DNA of 59,152 nucleotides from Chloroflexota bacterium (GTDB lineage Bacteria; Chloroflexota; Dehalococcoidia; JACPQK01): NCBI GenBank assembly GCA_016190505.1, contig JACPQM010000021.1, positions 1 to 59,152 of the forward strand, read 5' to 3'. Shown piece by piece: positions 46,143 to 54,804 of this stretch (position 1 is its first letter; each line of letters starts with the position of its first letter). The notes under the pieces were generated by a model. It saw only the letters and a program-made list of their open reading frames with translations, ran no database searches and was not told where the DNA came from. The position numbers and the translations under genes were made by a program.

Positions 46143-48267
46143 CCGGACCAGTCGGGCCCCGCCTGTCCTTTGCCGGGCGGCGCCTCACCTGGCCTACCAC
46201 CAGCAGGCCAAGAAGCGTGGCCCCCAAGAGGGCCGTGACGGTTATACCCACAAACACAGCTCCCCCTTGCTCAAATCTCAGGAGCACCTGGTGCTCTCCC
46301 GGTGGCACGGCGATACCTAGAAAGGCGTCATCAACAATTGCCGTCGAAACAGGTTGTCCGTCCACATATGCCTTCCAAAATAGGCTATGGGACTCGCGGA
46401 CTGTGAGCAGGCTGCCGGCGGTAGTCCGCACGCTAATAGCGATCTCTCCAGATGCCGGCCTTGTCCAGGTGGGTGAAGAAGATGGACTGGTCTCCACAAA
46501 GGGCCGCCACCGCGGGTTCTCCCATACCGTGAACCTGCCTGTGCTGAATGCCTGATTGAATGCATCGCTCAGGGAAGCCGGCGGAGGGGAGTCCAGGACC
46601 AGGTACTTAACGTTGGCTTGTCCCAGAGATGCAGCGAGTTGTTCAGGGTTAGCCATGACAGTCATGCCAGGCAACAAGTGCCTCACATAGAGGTCGCCGA
46701 ACCCAACGTTGGACGTCCACCATACCCAGGCCCCCAGCAGAGGTTTACCTGAGTAGATCACTCCCATGTTGTACACGGGGTCGTAGTCCATAGGGCTGGC
46801 GATGCGGTAGTCTCCCCCGTCCCTGCCAGCGAAGACATAGGCCCGCTCCAGGTCCGCCACGAAGTCGTCTCTGTAGTGATAGCGGTAGAAGTCCTGGTAG
46901 GGATAGAAGTCCAACAGCACGGCCAGCACCAGGATGGCTCCCAGCACCGCCGAGGCGTATCTGGGCAGGCTGGGGCGGGAAGCGATCTTCGTCTCTGCCC
47001 ACTGGCAGAAGAATGCTGCCAGGACGGGCAAAGCCAGCGACGACAAGAACAAAAAACGTAACGGCGACCTGATGTTCTCGGCCAAGGGGTACACCCGGGC
47101 CAGCGGACGCCAGTTCGTGCCCAGTGCCAAGTAGGTCCCCACCACGAAGACGACGGAAAAGAGAACAAAGTAGTACCTGGACCTGCTGCCGATGCGCCGG
47201 TCAGAAAATATGTTGACCAGGGCGACTAGCCACATGCCGAGCAACACGATACCCAGGTAGAACGCGCCGTTGTACATGGCGACCACGGGATGTACCCCAC
47301 CCGTTTCACGACTAATGACCCAGTCAGGCATCAAACTGGCCCAGTCACCTCCACCCCGGTCCAGAAGCATCGTGGGCTGCGTCAGCACAAAAGGCTTGGC
47401 ATAGTCCCCGAGCAAAAGAATGTGCGTCCCTTTGTAGGCCAGAGCAGGAAACGACCACCAGGCGCTGGTGGCCAACGCTATGCCGCCGATGAGAGCTAGC
47501 ACTGCCGCATTTCTACGCACCCCGCGCAAGAGCGTAGAACGGTGCTGCTCGGGAAGTCCACGGTTCTCCAGCCATGGCCACATGATCAGGAATAGCCCCA
47601 GAATGACCGCGAGGGGAACCAGGGTCACCACGTATTCCACATTCATCAGAGGCAGGACCCCAAGAGCGGTCCCGGCCAGCACGATATGGAGTCTCCGGGC
47701 ACCCTCGATAGCCTTCAGCACCAGCAGGACCACCACGGGCACCCAGACAAAGGCCATCAGTTGGTCGAGATGGAAGTACACCGCAGTGACCAGGACGTGA
47801 TAGGGGAACGTCACGTACGCCACTCCGGCCAGCAAGGCGCCGGAGCGGCTGCGGGACAGATGGTAGGCAAGCATGTACATGGAGATGCCTGATAATACCA
47901 CCAGGGACATGGCAATGAGCTTGGTCCCCAGTATGCTGCCGGCGGCCACTGCCGGCAGGATTATCCACAGCCCCAGGAAAGGGAACAGGTCGTAGAAAGT
48001 CGCCCCACCTAACCACCACTGGCTGTAGTCCGGCACGCTGTGGTACTGGGCAAGAGATGTCTTCAAGTACCATGACCAGACATAGAAGCCGGCGAAATCG
48101 CCCGACGGCAGATAGGCGTTCAGCCAGTAGCGCGCAGAAAAGACGGCAACGGCGCCAATGATCAGCCCATCTCGAAGAGACCGGCGTGCCACACCCTTAC
48201 GAACCAACGATAGTGCACCGCCAAGCATACGTAGATATGAGAACACCACACTACCCAAAGACAGCAA
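46129..48267 (-). CDS. Large polytopic membrane protein, YfhO/GT-C-like putative glycosyltransferase
   Basis: 712 aa; ~13 TM helices followed by a ~250-aa extracytoplasmic C-terminal domain. Confidence 0.5.
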   Translation of the reverse strand: MLSLGSVVFSYLRMLGGALSLVRKGVARRSLRDGLIIGAVAVFSARYWLNAYLPSGDFAGFYVWSWYLKTSLAQYHSVPDYSQWWLGGATFYDLFPFLGLWIILPAVAAGSILGTKLIAMSLVVLSGISMYMLAYHLSRSRSGALLAGVAYVTFPYHVLVTAVYFHLDQLMAFVWVPVVVLLVLKAIEGARRLHIVLAGTALGVLPLMNVEYVVTLVPLAVILGLFLIMWPWLENRGLPEQHRSTLLRGVRRNAAVLALIGGIALATSAWWSFPALAYKGTHILLLGDYAKPFVLTQPTMLLDRGGGDWASLMPDWVISRETGGVHPVVAMYNGAFYLGIVLLGMWLVALVNIFSDRRIGSRSRYYFVLFSVVFVVGTYLALGTNWRPLARVYPLAENIRSPLRFLFLSSLALPVLAAFFCQWAETKIASRPSLPRYASAVLGAILVLAVLLDFYPYQDFYRYHYRDDFVADLERAYVFAGRDGGDYRIASPMDYDPVYNMGVIYSGKPLLGAWVWWTSNVGFGDLYVRHLLPGMTVMANPEQLAASLGQANVKYLVLDSPPPASLSDAFNQAFSTGRFTVWENPRWRPFVETSPSSSPTWTRPASGEIAISVRTTAGSLLTVRESHSLFWKAYVDGQPVSTAIVDDAFLGIAVPPGEHQVLLRFEQGGAVFVGITVTALLGATLLGLLVVGQVRRRPAKDRRGPTGPGVAI

Positions 48268-48289
48268 TTGGCGGCCCTTTGCTGCCGCT

Positions 48290-48420
48290 CCGTAGCTTGC
48301 CTGTCATTCTGAAGGAGCCCTTCGTCCCGACTTGCCGGGACTCGAGAGTGAACTCCGCGACACGCCCCGCCCTGAGATTCTTCGCCCCGATGCATCGGGG
48401 CGAAGAATGACAAGGGTCCC
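48290..48420. repeat. Composite REP (gtcattctgaagg...cgtcccgacttgccgggactcgagag...ttcttcgccccgatgcatcggggcgaagaatgac)
   Basis: Nested palindromes of the same family as 1762-1859. Confidence 0.55.
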
Positions 48421-48498
48421 ACGGCGTTTCACCTGCCGGATGAGGGTGCCACATCTGAATCGCTATTCTCGGCGCACTATTGCCTGGTCGTAGGAATT

Positions 48499-49227
48499 CT
48501 AGACGCTTGGGGACGCCGGGTCTTTCTGGAGCACAAAGAGAATGCTCAAACCCAGGATGCCACTGTACAGCTCTAGAACAGTGCAACCGGGCAAACGCAG
48601 CAAGTCCCTGGCCTCGTCCAGGCTGAACTGATTGTGAAATGGCTCTGAACCGGGGCAAGTAGAGAGGACGTACCGCCGCATCTTCCAGACCCAACTCCGG
48701 GACGGCATTGAGCCGATCAGCTTGCCCCCCGGCTTCAGCCCAAGCAACATGTCCTGAAGGGCCCGGCGAGGCTCCACCAGGTGCTCCAGGGTTTCTGTAC
48801 AGACCATAAGGTCGAAACAGTGCGGGCGCAGCGGCAACCTTTCGGCGTCTCCCTGGACGGGACGCAATGTTGCGACGTGCCCCACCGCCCGGTGCAAGTT
48901 CCACCTGTTTATGTCTAGCCCTACTACCTTCTCAGCAATCAACCTCCGGGTGATCAGGCCAGTGCCACAACCGACGTCAGCCACCGCGTTTCCACCAGCG
49001 TGGCGGGAAACGACCCGGGCGCTTTCTCTTGACCGCAGACTGTGGAAGACCTTCTCAAAACGCCTGGGGTCGGTCACCCAGTCATAAAACTCGCCAGCCA
49101 GGTAGTACTGCTTAACATGCCGAGCAAAGCTTGGTGGCCAGGTCCCGACACGGGACGCTGGAACCAACCTTTCCGCGGGGCCATGACTTGCCGGCATGTC
49201 CGCCACTGGGGGCCCGGCGGGCGCCAT
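48499..49227 (-). CDS. Class I SAM-dependent methyltransferase
   Basis: Motif I 'VADVGCGTGLITRRL', 'VVGLDIN', 'DLMVCTETLEHLVEP', 'LKPGGKLIG'. Start uncertain (ORF extends to 49392; 'MAPAG' at 49227 chosen). Confidence 0.7.
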   Translation of the reverse strand: MAPAGPPVADMPASHGPAERLVPASRVGTWPPSFARHVKQYYLAGEFYDWVTDPRRFEKVFHSLRSRESARVVSRHAGGNAVADVGCGTGLITRRLIAEKVVGLDINRWNLHRAVGHVATLRPVQGDAERLPLRPHCFDLMVCTETLEHLVEPRRALQDMLLGLKPGGKLIGSMPSRSWVWKMRRYVLSTCPGSEPFHNQFSLDEARDLLRLPGCTVLELYSGILGLSILFVLQKDPASPSV

Positions 49228-49613
49228 GCCTCCGGACCCCCAAGCGCGCCTGACTCCTGGCTTGGCTCCAAACACGGGACAGCGCCTCCTCGGGAGGTTG
49301 TGCCGACCTGAACACGCCCACGAAATGTACTGGTTGCGGCGACACCTTGTCAACTTCTTGCCCTCTCGACCATCTGCGCTTGACTGGCGCAACGTGATGA
49401 AATAGACTAGCGGCGTCCGAAAAGTAGGACCAACACATGCTAGCGCGGATGCTTCGCCCCTAGCTGGACCGAGGGTAATCTACGGCTTCATCATTCTGTC
49501 CTCAATGTCGCTCGGCGATAGGCCCAGCCGACAACTTCTGCGGCGAGTGCGGCCACGCCCTAATAGGGGCGCCGGCGGCGCCTAGGGCAGGTGTTGCCGC
49601 GGCCCCGTCGCCG

Positions 49614-51347
49614 ATGGCCGAGGTCGCCCGCCGCATAGACCTCAAAGACATGCCCGGGGTGTTCCACAAGACGCTGGCTGTGCCCCAGGGCTACCAGGCT
49701 CTTCTACTGGGGGGGGAGAAACATGACGCCACACTGGGACCGGGCAGCTACCGTTACGGCTCCGGCGATGCCCGGGGCATGGCCGCCGTCCTGGTGCCCG
49801 AGGCGGAGCTCCCCCTCCAGTTCTCCGTGCGGCGGGCACTGACCAGCGATCCCTTTCCCATTGACCTGGACTGCCAACTCGTAGTCCAGGTGCAGGCGCC
49901 CCTGCTGTTCTACATCCAGGCGGCCAAGGGTGCCTCCCTGTTCACCCAGGAGCAGCTCGTGGCCCTGCTCCAGAACGAAGCGGAGGCGCTGGCCCGCAAC
50001 TTCGTCGGCCATCACAATGTCCAGGAGTGGCAAAACAGCCTGGCCCTTCAGGGCCAGTTAGAGTTGGAGCTAGACCAGCACCTCGCTCGCAGCCTGTCGG
50101 CCTGGGGCCTGCGCGTGGCCCGAGTGACCACGGTCAACTACCGCTGCCAGGCCCAGGACAAGCTCACCGGCATCAAGGCGGATTACGCCCTCCAGGTCAG
50201 CCAGGAGGAGGCGCAGCTTCAGGGCCGCAAACGCCTCTTCGAGGTCCTGACCGAGAGTGAGCTACAGTCCCTGGTCGAAGAGACCGAACGCACCGCGGTC
50301 TTCGAGAAGCGCACTGCGCTCTGGGAGCGGATGCGGCGGGCGGTCGTCGCCGACCACATGGCCTCGGTACGCTCAGAGCAGGATCTGGCCGATTTCCTAC
50401 GCCAGGTTGACCGTGACCAGCTTCTCAAGGAAAGCGAGCTCGAGGACCTCAAGGCCACCCTGCGCCAGGCCCGGGAGGACAAGGACCGCGCCTATGCCTT
50501 CCTGGTCTACCGTACCGAGATGGAGCGCGACCACGAGCTCAAAAAGCTGGAGCTGGCCCAGCGCAAGGACCTGGCCCTGGAGGAGATCGCCTTCGAGGTT
50601 GATCTGGAGCGGCGCAAGCTGGAAGGGCAGTGGCAGGTCGAGCTGCAGCGCCTCGACTTCCAGCTTGAGAAGGACCGGCGCCTGGCCGAGGTCCGCCGCC
50701 AGGAGGCGGAGCGGGAGCGCCAGGCCCAAGAGGAGAAGGAGTTGGCCGCCGCGCGCGCCGGCGCCGCCATCGCCGACATTGAGCGCCAGCAGCTCAATGC
50801 GGAGGTTGAGGACGCCCTCAACTGGTACGACAGGTACAAGCGCATGAAGGAGCAACAGCGCCTCCAGCAGGTCATGGACGACCTGGACGGCGAAGAGCGG
50901 AAGATGGCGCTAGACCTGCGGCGACAGGAGGGCGAGCTGGAGCTGCGCCTGCGGGAGCAGCGCGAGCGGCACAAACAGGACCTGGAGCGCATTGACACCC
51001 TGTCCAAAGTGTCGGTGGAGGTGCTGATGGCCGTCTCTGGCCCAGAGCAGGGCCGCATGCTGGCGGAGCTGGCGCGCACCCGGACGTTGGCCGGTTGCTC
51101 GCCGCAGCAGATATTGGCCATGCAGGCCCAGGGCGACCCGCAGGTAGCGCAAGCCCTGGTGGAGGTGACCAAGGCCATGGCCGCCACCGGCCAAACGGAG
51201 ATGTACGAACGCCTGGTAGCCCAGGTCAAGGACAGCGCCCAGGCCTCTAGAGAGGACTACCAGCGGAACGTTGCTATAATGGCGGAGATGTTCCACAAAG
51301 CCATGGACACCATGAAGGATACGGCCACCGCGTTCGCGCGTGCGTAG
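49614..51347 (+). CDS. SPFH/band-7-like N-terminal domain plus ~350-aa Glu/Arg/Leu-rich coiled coil (flotillin-like architecture); paralog L1
   Basis: 577 aa; 'VPQGYQALLLGGEKHDATLGPGSY' resembles the band-7 'V.QGE.AVV.R.GK....LGPGLH' entry motif; long heptad-repeat region; ~60% identical over the coiled coil to the 54805 protein. Confidence 0.7.
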   Translation: MAEVARRIDLKDMPGVFHKTLAVPQGYQALLLGGEKHDATLGPGSYRYGSGDARGMAAVLVPEAELPLQFSVRRALTSDPFPIDLDCQLVVQVQAPLLFYIQAAKGASLFTQEQLVALLQNEAEALARNFVGHHNVQEWQNSLALQGQLELELDQHLARSLSAWGLRVARVTTVNYRCQAQDKLTGIKADYALQVSQEEAQLQGRKRLFEVLTESELQSLVEETERTAVFEKRTALWERMRRAVVADHMASVRSEQDLADFLRQVDRDQLLKESELEDLKATLRQAREDKDRAYAFLVYRTEMERDHELKKLELAQRKDLALEEIAFEVDLERRKLEGQWQVELQRLDFQLEKDRRLAEVRRQEAERERQAQEEKELAAARAGAAIADIERQQLNAEVEDALNWYDRYKRMKEQQRLQQVMDDLDGEERKMALDLRRQEGELELRLREQRERHKQDLERIDTLSKVSVEVLMAVSGPEQGRMLAELARTRTLAGCSPQQILAMQAQGDPQVAQALVEVTKAMAATGQTEMYERLVAQVKDSAQASREDYQRNVAIMAEMFHKAMDTMKDTATAFARA

Positions 51348-51434
51348 GGGGTGCCCTCACTCCTTCGGCGGGCTCAGGACAGGCCTCGCCCTCTCCCAGG
51401 GGGAGAGGGGAGGGTGAGGGCACAGGAGACTGAT

Positions 51435-51842
51435 ATGGGCGAAGAGAAGACCAAGACCAAGCTGGACGAGTACGGCCAACTGGCGGGTGGCTACGACCTG
51501 GGCCAGGCCCGGGCATGGGCGCTGGCGCACGCCAAGCGGAGCCTGCGCTACCGCATGCCCAGCGCCGAGGACCTGGAACTGGCCTGGGAGGTGCCCAGTT
51601 GCCGCTTTGTCGAGGAGCAGGACTGCTACGAAGTAGCCGTTTCAGTGTACCCCCAAGAGGTGGCCTATCGTCAGAAGGCGGAGTGGGTCTATCATATCAC
51701 CGCGCTCGGGGAGCTCATGCCGGGCACACCCGTGCTGCGCACGCCCCTGGGGCTACGGGAGCCGGAGCGCGGGGCGCCAGGCGGGCTGCCCCTCGGCGCC
51801 TGGATGGGTCCCGGCGGCTGGATGCGCCGCGGCGGGTGCTAG
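51435..51842 (+). CDS. Small protein with a novel conserved ~110-aa N-terminal domain; paralog S1
   Basis: SD 'aggaga' then ATG 51435; 'KLDEYGQLAGGYDLGQARAWALAHAK...LAWEVPSCRFVEEQDCYEVAVSVYPQE...EWVYHITALGELMPGTPVLRTPL'. Confidence 0.62.
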   Translation: MGEEKTKTKLDEYGQLAGGYDLGQARAWALAHAKRSLRYRMPSAEDLELAWEVPSCRFVEEQDCYEVAVSVYPQEVAYRQKAEWVYHITALGELMPGTPVLRTPLGLREPERGAPGGLPLGAWMGPGGWMRRGGC

Positions 51843-51997
51843 GGGCATGATTCGCGAACACCGGACGATGCTCTGCCCCTTATTGCGGTTCGATTGTGTT
51901 CAAGGGCGAGCGTGGGGCGGGCATCCCGACGTGTCGGGCCCCCTACGGAAATGGCCCTCCCTCTCCCTTTGGGAGAGGGCGAGGGTGAGGGCTGGCA

Positions 51998-52975
51998 ATG
52001 GCTGAGCAACCGGGCAAGAAGTCCGACAAGTTTGACGAATATGGCCAACTGGCCATAGGCTATGACATGGCCAAGGCCCGGGCCTGGGTACTGGACCACG
52101 CCCAGAAGAACCTGCCTGCCAAACACGACTGGCTCCACGGCCTGACCCTGGCCTGGGAGATTACCTCCGCCCGGTTCATGGAGGACCAGGACGCCTACGA
52201 GGTGATTGTGTCTTGCTACCCAGAAGGTGCCGAGGTCCAGGCCAAGGGGGAGTGGCTCTACCACGTGGATGTCAGTGGCCAGCTCATGCCCGGCACGCCG
52301 GTGTTGCGCACGGCTCTCAGACATGTATACACCCGCCCGTACCAGGGCCGGAGTACCCCTCCGCCAGTAGCGCCGTCAGCGCCCACCGCCACGCCCACCA
52401 CCTGGGCTCCAGGGGGACCCGCCACCGGGACACCAGAGGTCCAAACGGGTGGCGCGCCCCTTGCTCGGGAGACAACCCCGGCCACCACCTGGCCGGTCGC
52501 CACAGGGCCAGGGAGGCCCTGGCCCACCAATGTTGAAGCCGCAGCCCAGCCGCCGGTGGTGCAGGGTGCAGCGTTCTGGACTCGGTTCACCGCATGGCTC
52601 ATTGATGGGATTGTCGCTTTCCTATTGCTTATCCCATTCTTACAGGCCGCTGACCCGGAGATAGGCGATCAGAACTGGAGCCTGCTAGGGGGGATGATAG
52701 TGGCCGCGTGGACCCTGGCATTCTGGGTCTGGCGCGGTCAGACGCCCGGGAAGATGCTGGTGGGCGTGAGGATCGTCAAGGCGGATGGCTCGAAGCTCAG
52801 CGCCGGCAGGGCAGTCCTCAGGTATATAGGCTATGCGCTTTCATCTTTCACCCTGGGGATAGGCTTCCTCATGATTGCCTTCGACAAGCAGAAGCGGGGA
52901 TTGCACGACATCATAGCTGGCACCCGGGTGATCAAAGTGGACAGGGGCAAGCGAATTGGCGGCATCAACGGGTAG
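51998..52975 (+). CDS. Paralog S2: same N-terminal domain, Pro/Thr-rich linker and C-terminal RDD-family membrane domain
   Basis: 'FDEYGQLAIGYDMAKARAWVLDHAQK...LAWEITSARFMEDQDAYEVIVSCYPEG...GEWLYHVDVSGQLMPGTPVLRTAL'; C-terminal 'FWTRFTAWLIDGIVAFLLL...RVIKVDRGKR' (RDD). Confidence 0.68.
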   Translation: MAEQPGKKSDKFDEYGQLAIGYDMAKARAWVLDHAQKNLPAKHDWLHGLTLAWEITSARFMEDQDAYEVIVSCYPEGAEVQAKGEWLYHVDVSGQLMPGTPVLRTALRHVYTRPYQGRSTPPPVAPSAPTATPTTWAPGGPATGTPEVQTGGAPLARETTPATTWPVATGPGRPWPTNVEAAAQPPVVQGAAFWTRFTAWLIDGIVAFLLLIPFLQAADPEIGDQNWSLLGGMIVAAWTLAFWVWRGQTPGKMLVGVRIVKADGSKLSAGRAVLRYIGYALSSFTLGIGFLMIAFDKQKRGLHDIIAGTRVIKVDRGKRIGGING

Positions 52976-53230
52976 CGCAGGAACGCGGAGCCGGTACCGG
53001 GTCAGCGCCCGGACCCACCGGCGTTCCCCGCACGGGAACGCAAAATGTAGGGGAGTCCCGATGCATCGTGTCCTCCCCAGGGGCGGGCACCGGGCCCCTT
53101 CCCCCTTGACGGGGGAAGGTTAGAGCCTGCCCTGAGCAAAGCGAAGGGATAGGGGTGAAGGCACATGCACCCCCCACCTTAATCCTCCCCCGCAAGGGGG
53201 GAGGAGGGCTACCCCAAGGAGGTGTGACAA

Positions 53231-54787
53231 ATGGCACAGGCAACTAGCGTGGCTACAATGCAGGTCGAGGGCGGGCCTCAACTCCTGCTGGCGGAGACAA
53301 GGCCCATCTCGGACCTGCCCGGTCTCTTCCGCAAGTCCCTCTTTGTCCCCCAGGACGAGGCCGGGCTGGTGCTCAAAGGCAAGGGAGGGGACATTTCCAG
53401 GACCCTTGGGCCCGGCAAGCACGCGGTGGGCTGGGCCTTCCTGGGCTGGGGCGCCCGGGGCCAGGCCGCCCACGTGCGCACCCGGGACTTTACAATCTCG
53501 CTGCACTTCTCCCGCATCCAGAGCCAGGACTACGTGAAGCTGGACGGCTTCCTCAACATCGCCGTCAGGGTCCAGTCCCCGGAGGTGTTCTACCGCAACT
53601 TCTGCAAGGGGAAAGTGCAGGCCTACGCTGCGGAGCTGGCCGCCGGCATCAGTGGCCCCCTGGACGAGCCTTTCCAGGCCCGCGCCTCCACCTACATCTC
53701 CCAGGCCCTACGCACCGACCTCACCATCGGCGAGAAACTCGGCTTGGAGTTGAAGCCCCTCATCGGGGACCTGGTGAAGCAGTTGGGGCTGGAACTCCAG
53801 CGCGTCGTCTCAGTGGCCTTCCGCCCCTCGGAGCAGATGGAGTCCCTCATCGTGGACATGGAGAAGCTCCACACCCAGCTTGCCTCGACCGGGCAGGCGG
53901 CCAAGGACGACCTGAACAAGGTGGCCGACTGGCTCACCGCCCAGGGGGCGGTCATCCCGCCCAACTTGCGCCCGGAGTCGTCGGAAGGCCAGGCCGTGCT
54001 CAAACAGGCCGCCGCTGCGGTGGATGCCCACGTGCTCCAGCAGGCCCAGCAACTGGGCATCAAGACCGGGGCCGCGGTGCCGGGCGAGAAGAAGCCGAGC
54101 CTGCTGGCCAGGGCGGAGACTTTCCTGCGCATAGCGGTGCCGGTCACCGTGCTGGGCAACGTCGGCCTGCCCTACGTCCTGAAGGACATTAAGCCGGTAG
54201 GCCAGCTTTCCTTCACCGTATTTCTGGCGCGGGCGGCCATCCCCATCGGCTCGCTAACGGCTATCCTATTCGGAGTCCGGCTCAAGCGTCTATGGGACGA
54301 GCGGGCCAAGGCAGTGCCCCGGCTCAAGCTGGACAAATGGGTCGAGGTCACCAGCCTGGAGGCTGATGAGATGGTACGCCGGCAGACGGCCCGGGAACTG
54401 GCCAACGTGATGACCACGTTCAAGGAAGCCAAGGTCCAGGCTTACTCGGCGGGCAAGCGGGACCTGGCCGACGCCCTGGGCCGCCTGGAGGACGAGGCAG
54501 CCAACTTCCGCACCGAGGTGGAGCGGGCCGCCTTCGGCTCCACCATGGTTGTGGCCAAGAGCAAGCCGGGACGGGACCGGATCTCCCGTATGGTCTGTTT
54601 CGAGCAGGACATGCTCCACCAGACCCGGGTGCTGGCCGACCGCAGCCTCAAAGTCAAGAACGCCCTGGTGCAGGGGGCGGGCGGCAGTATGGACGACGCC
54701 AGGATATTGAGCATGTCTCTGTCTGACCTGCGCAAGACCTTCGGGGAGCGCCAGGCGCACCTGGAAGGTTTCGTCTACCCGAAGTAA
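53231..54787 (+). CDS. Divergent SPFH-like protein (paralog L2) with two central hydrophobic segments
   Basis: 518 aa; 'LFRKSLFVPQDEAGLVLKGKGGDISRTLGPGKHAVG' parallels the N-termini of L1/L3; SD 'aggagg' upstream. Confidence 0.6.
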   Translation: MAQATSVATMQVEGGPQLLLAETRPISDLPGLFRKSLFVPQDEAGLVLKGKGGDISRTLGPGKHAVGWAFLGWGARGQAAHVRTRDFTISLHFSRIQSQDYVKLDGFLNIAVRVQSPEVFYRNFCKGKVQAYAAELAAGISGPLDEPFQARASTYISQALRTDLTIGEKLGLELKPLIGDLVKQLGLELQRVVSVAFRPSEQMESLIVDMEKLHTQLASTGQAAKDDLNKVADWLTAQGAVIPPNLRPESSEGQAVLKQAAAAVDAHVLQQAQQLGIKTGAAVPGEKKPSLLARAETFLRIAVPVTVLGNVGLPYVLKDIKPVGQLSFTVFLARAAIPIGSLTAILFGVRLKRLWDERAKAVPRLKLDKWVEVTSLEADEMVRRQTARELANVMTTFKEAKVQAYSAGKRDLADALGRLEDEAANFRTEVERAAFGSTMVVAKSKPGRDRISRMVCFEQDMLHQTRVLADRSLKVKNALVQGAGGSMDDARILSMSLSDLRKTFGERQAHLEGFVYPK

Positions 54788-54804
54788 CACACGAGGAGGG
54801 TGAC

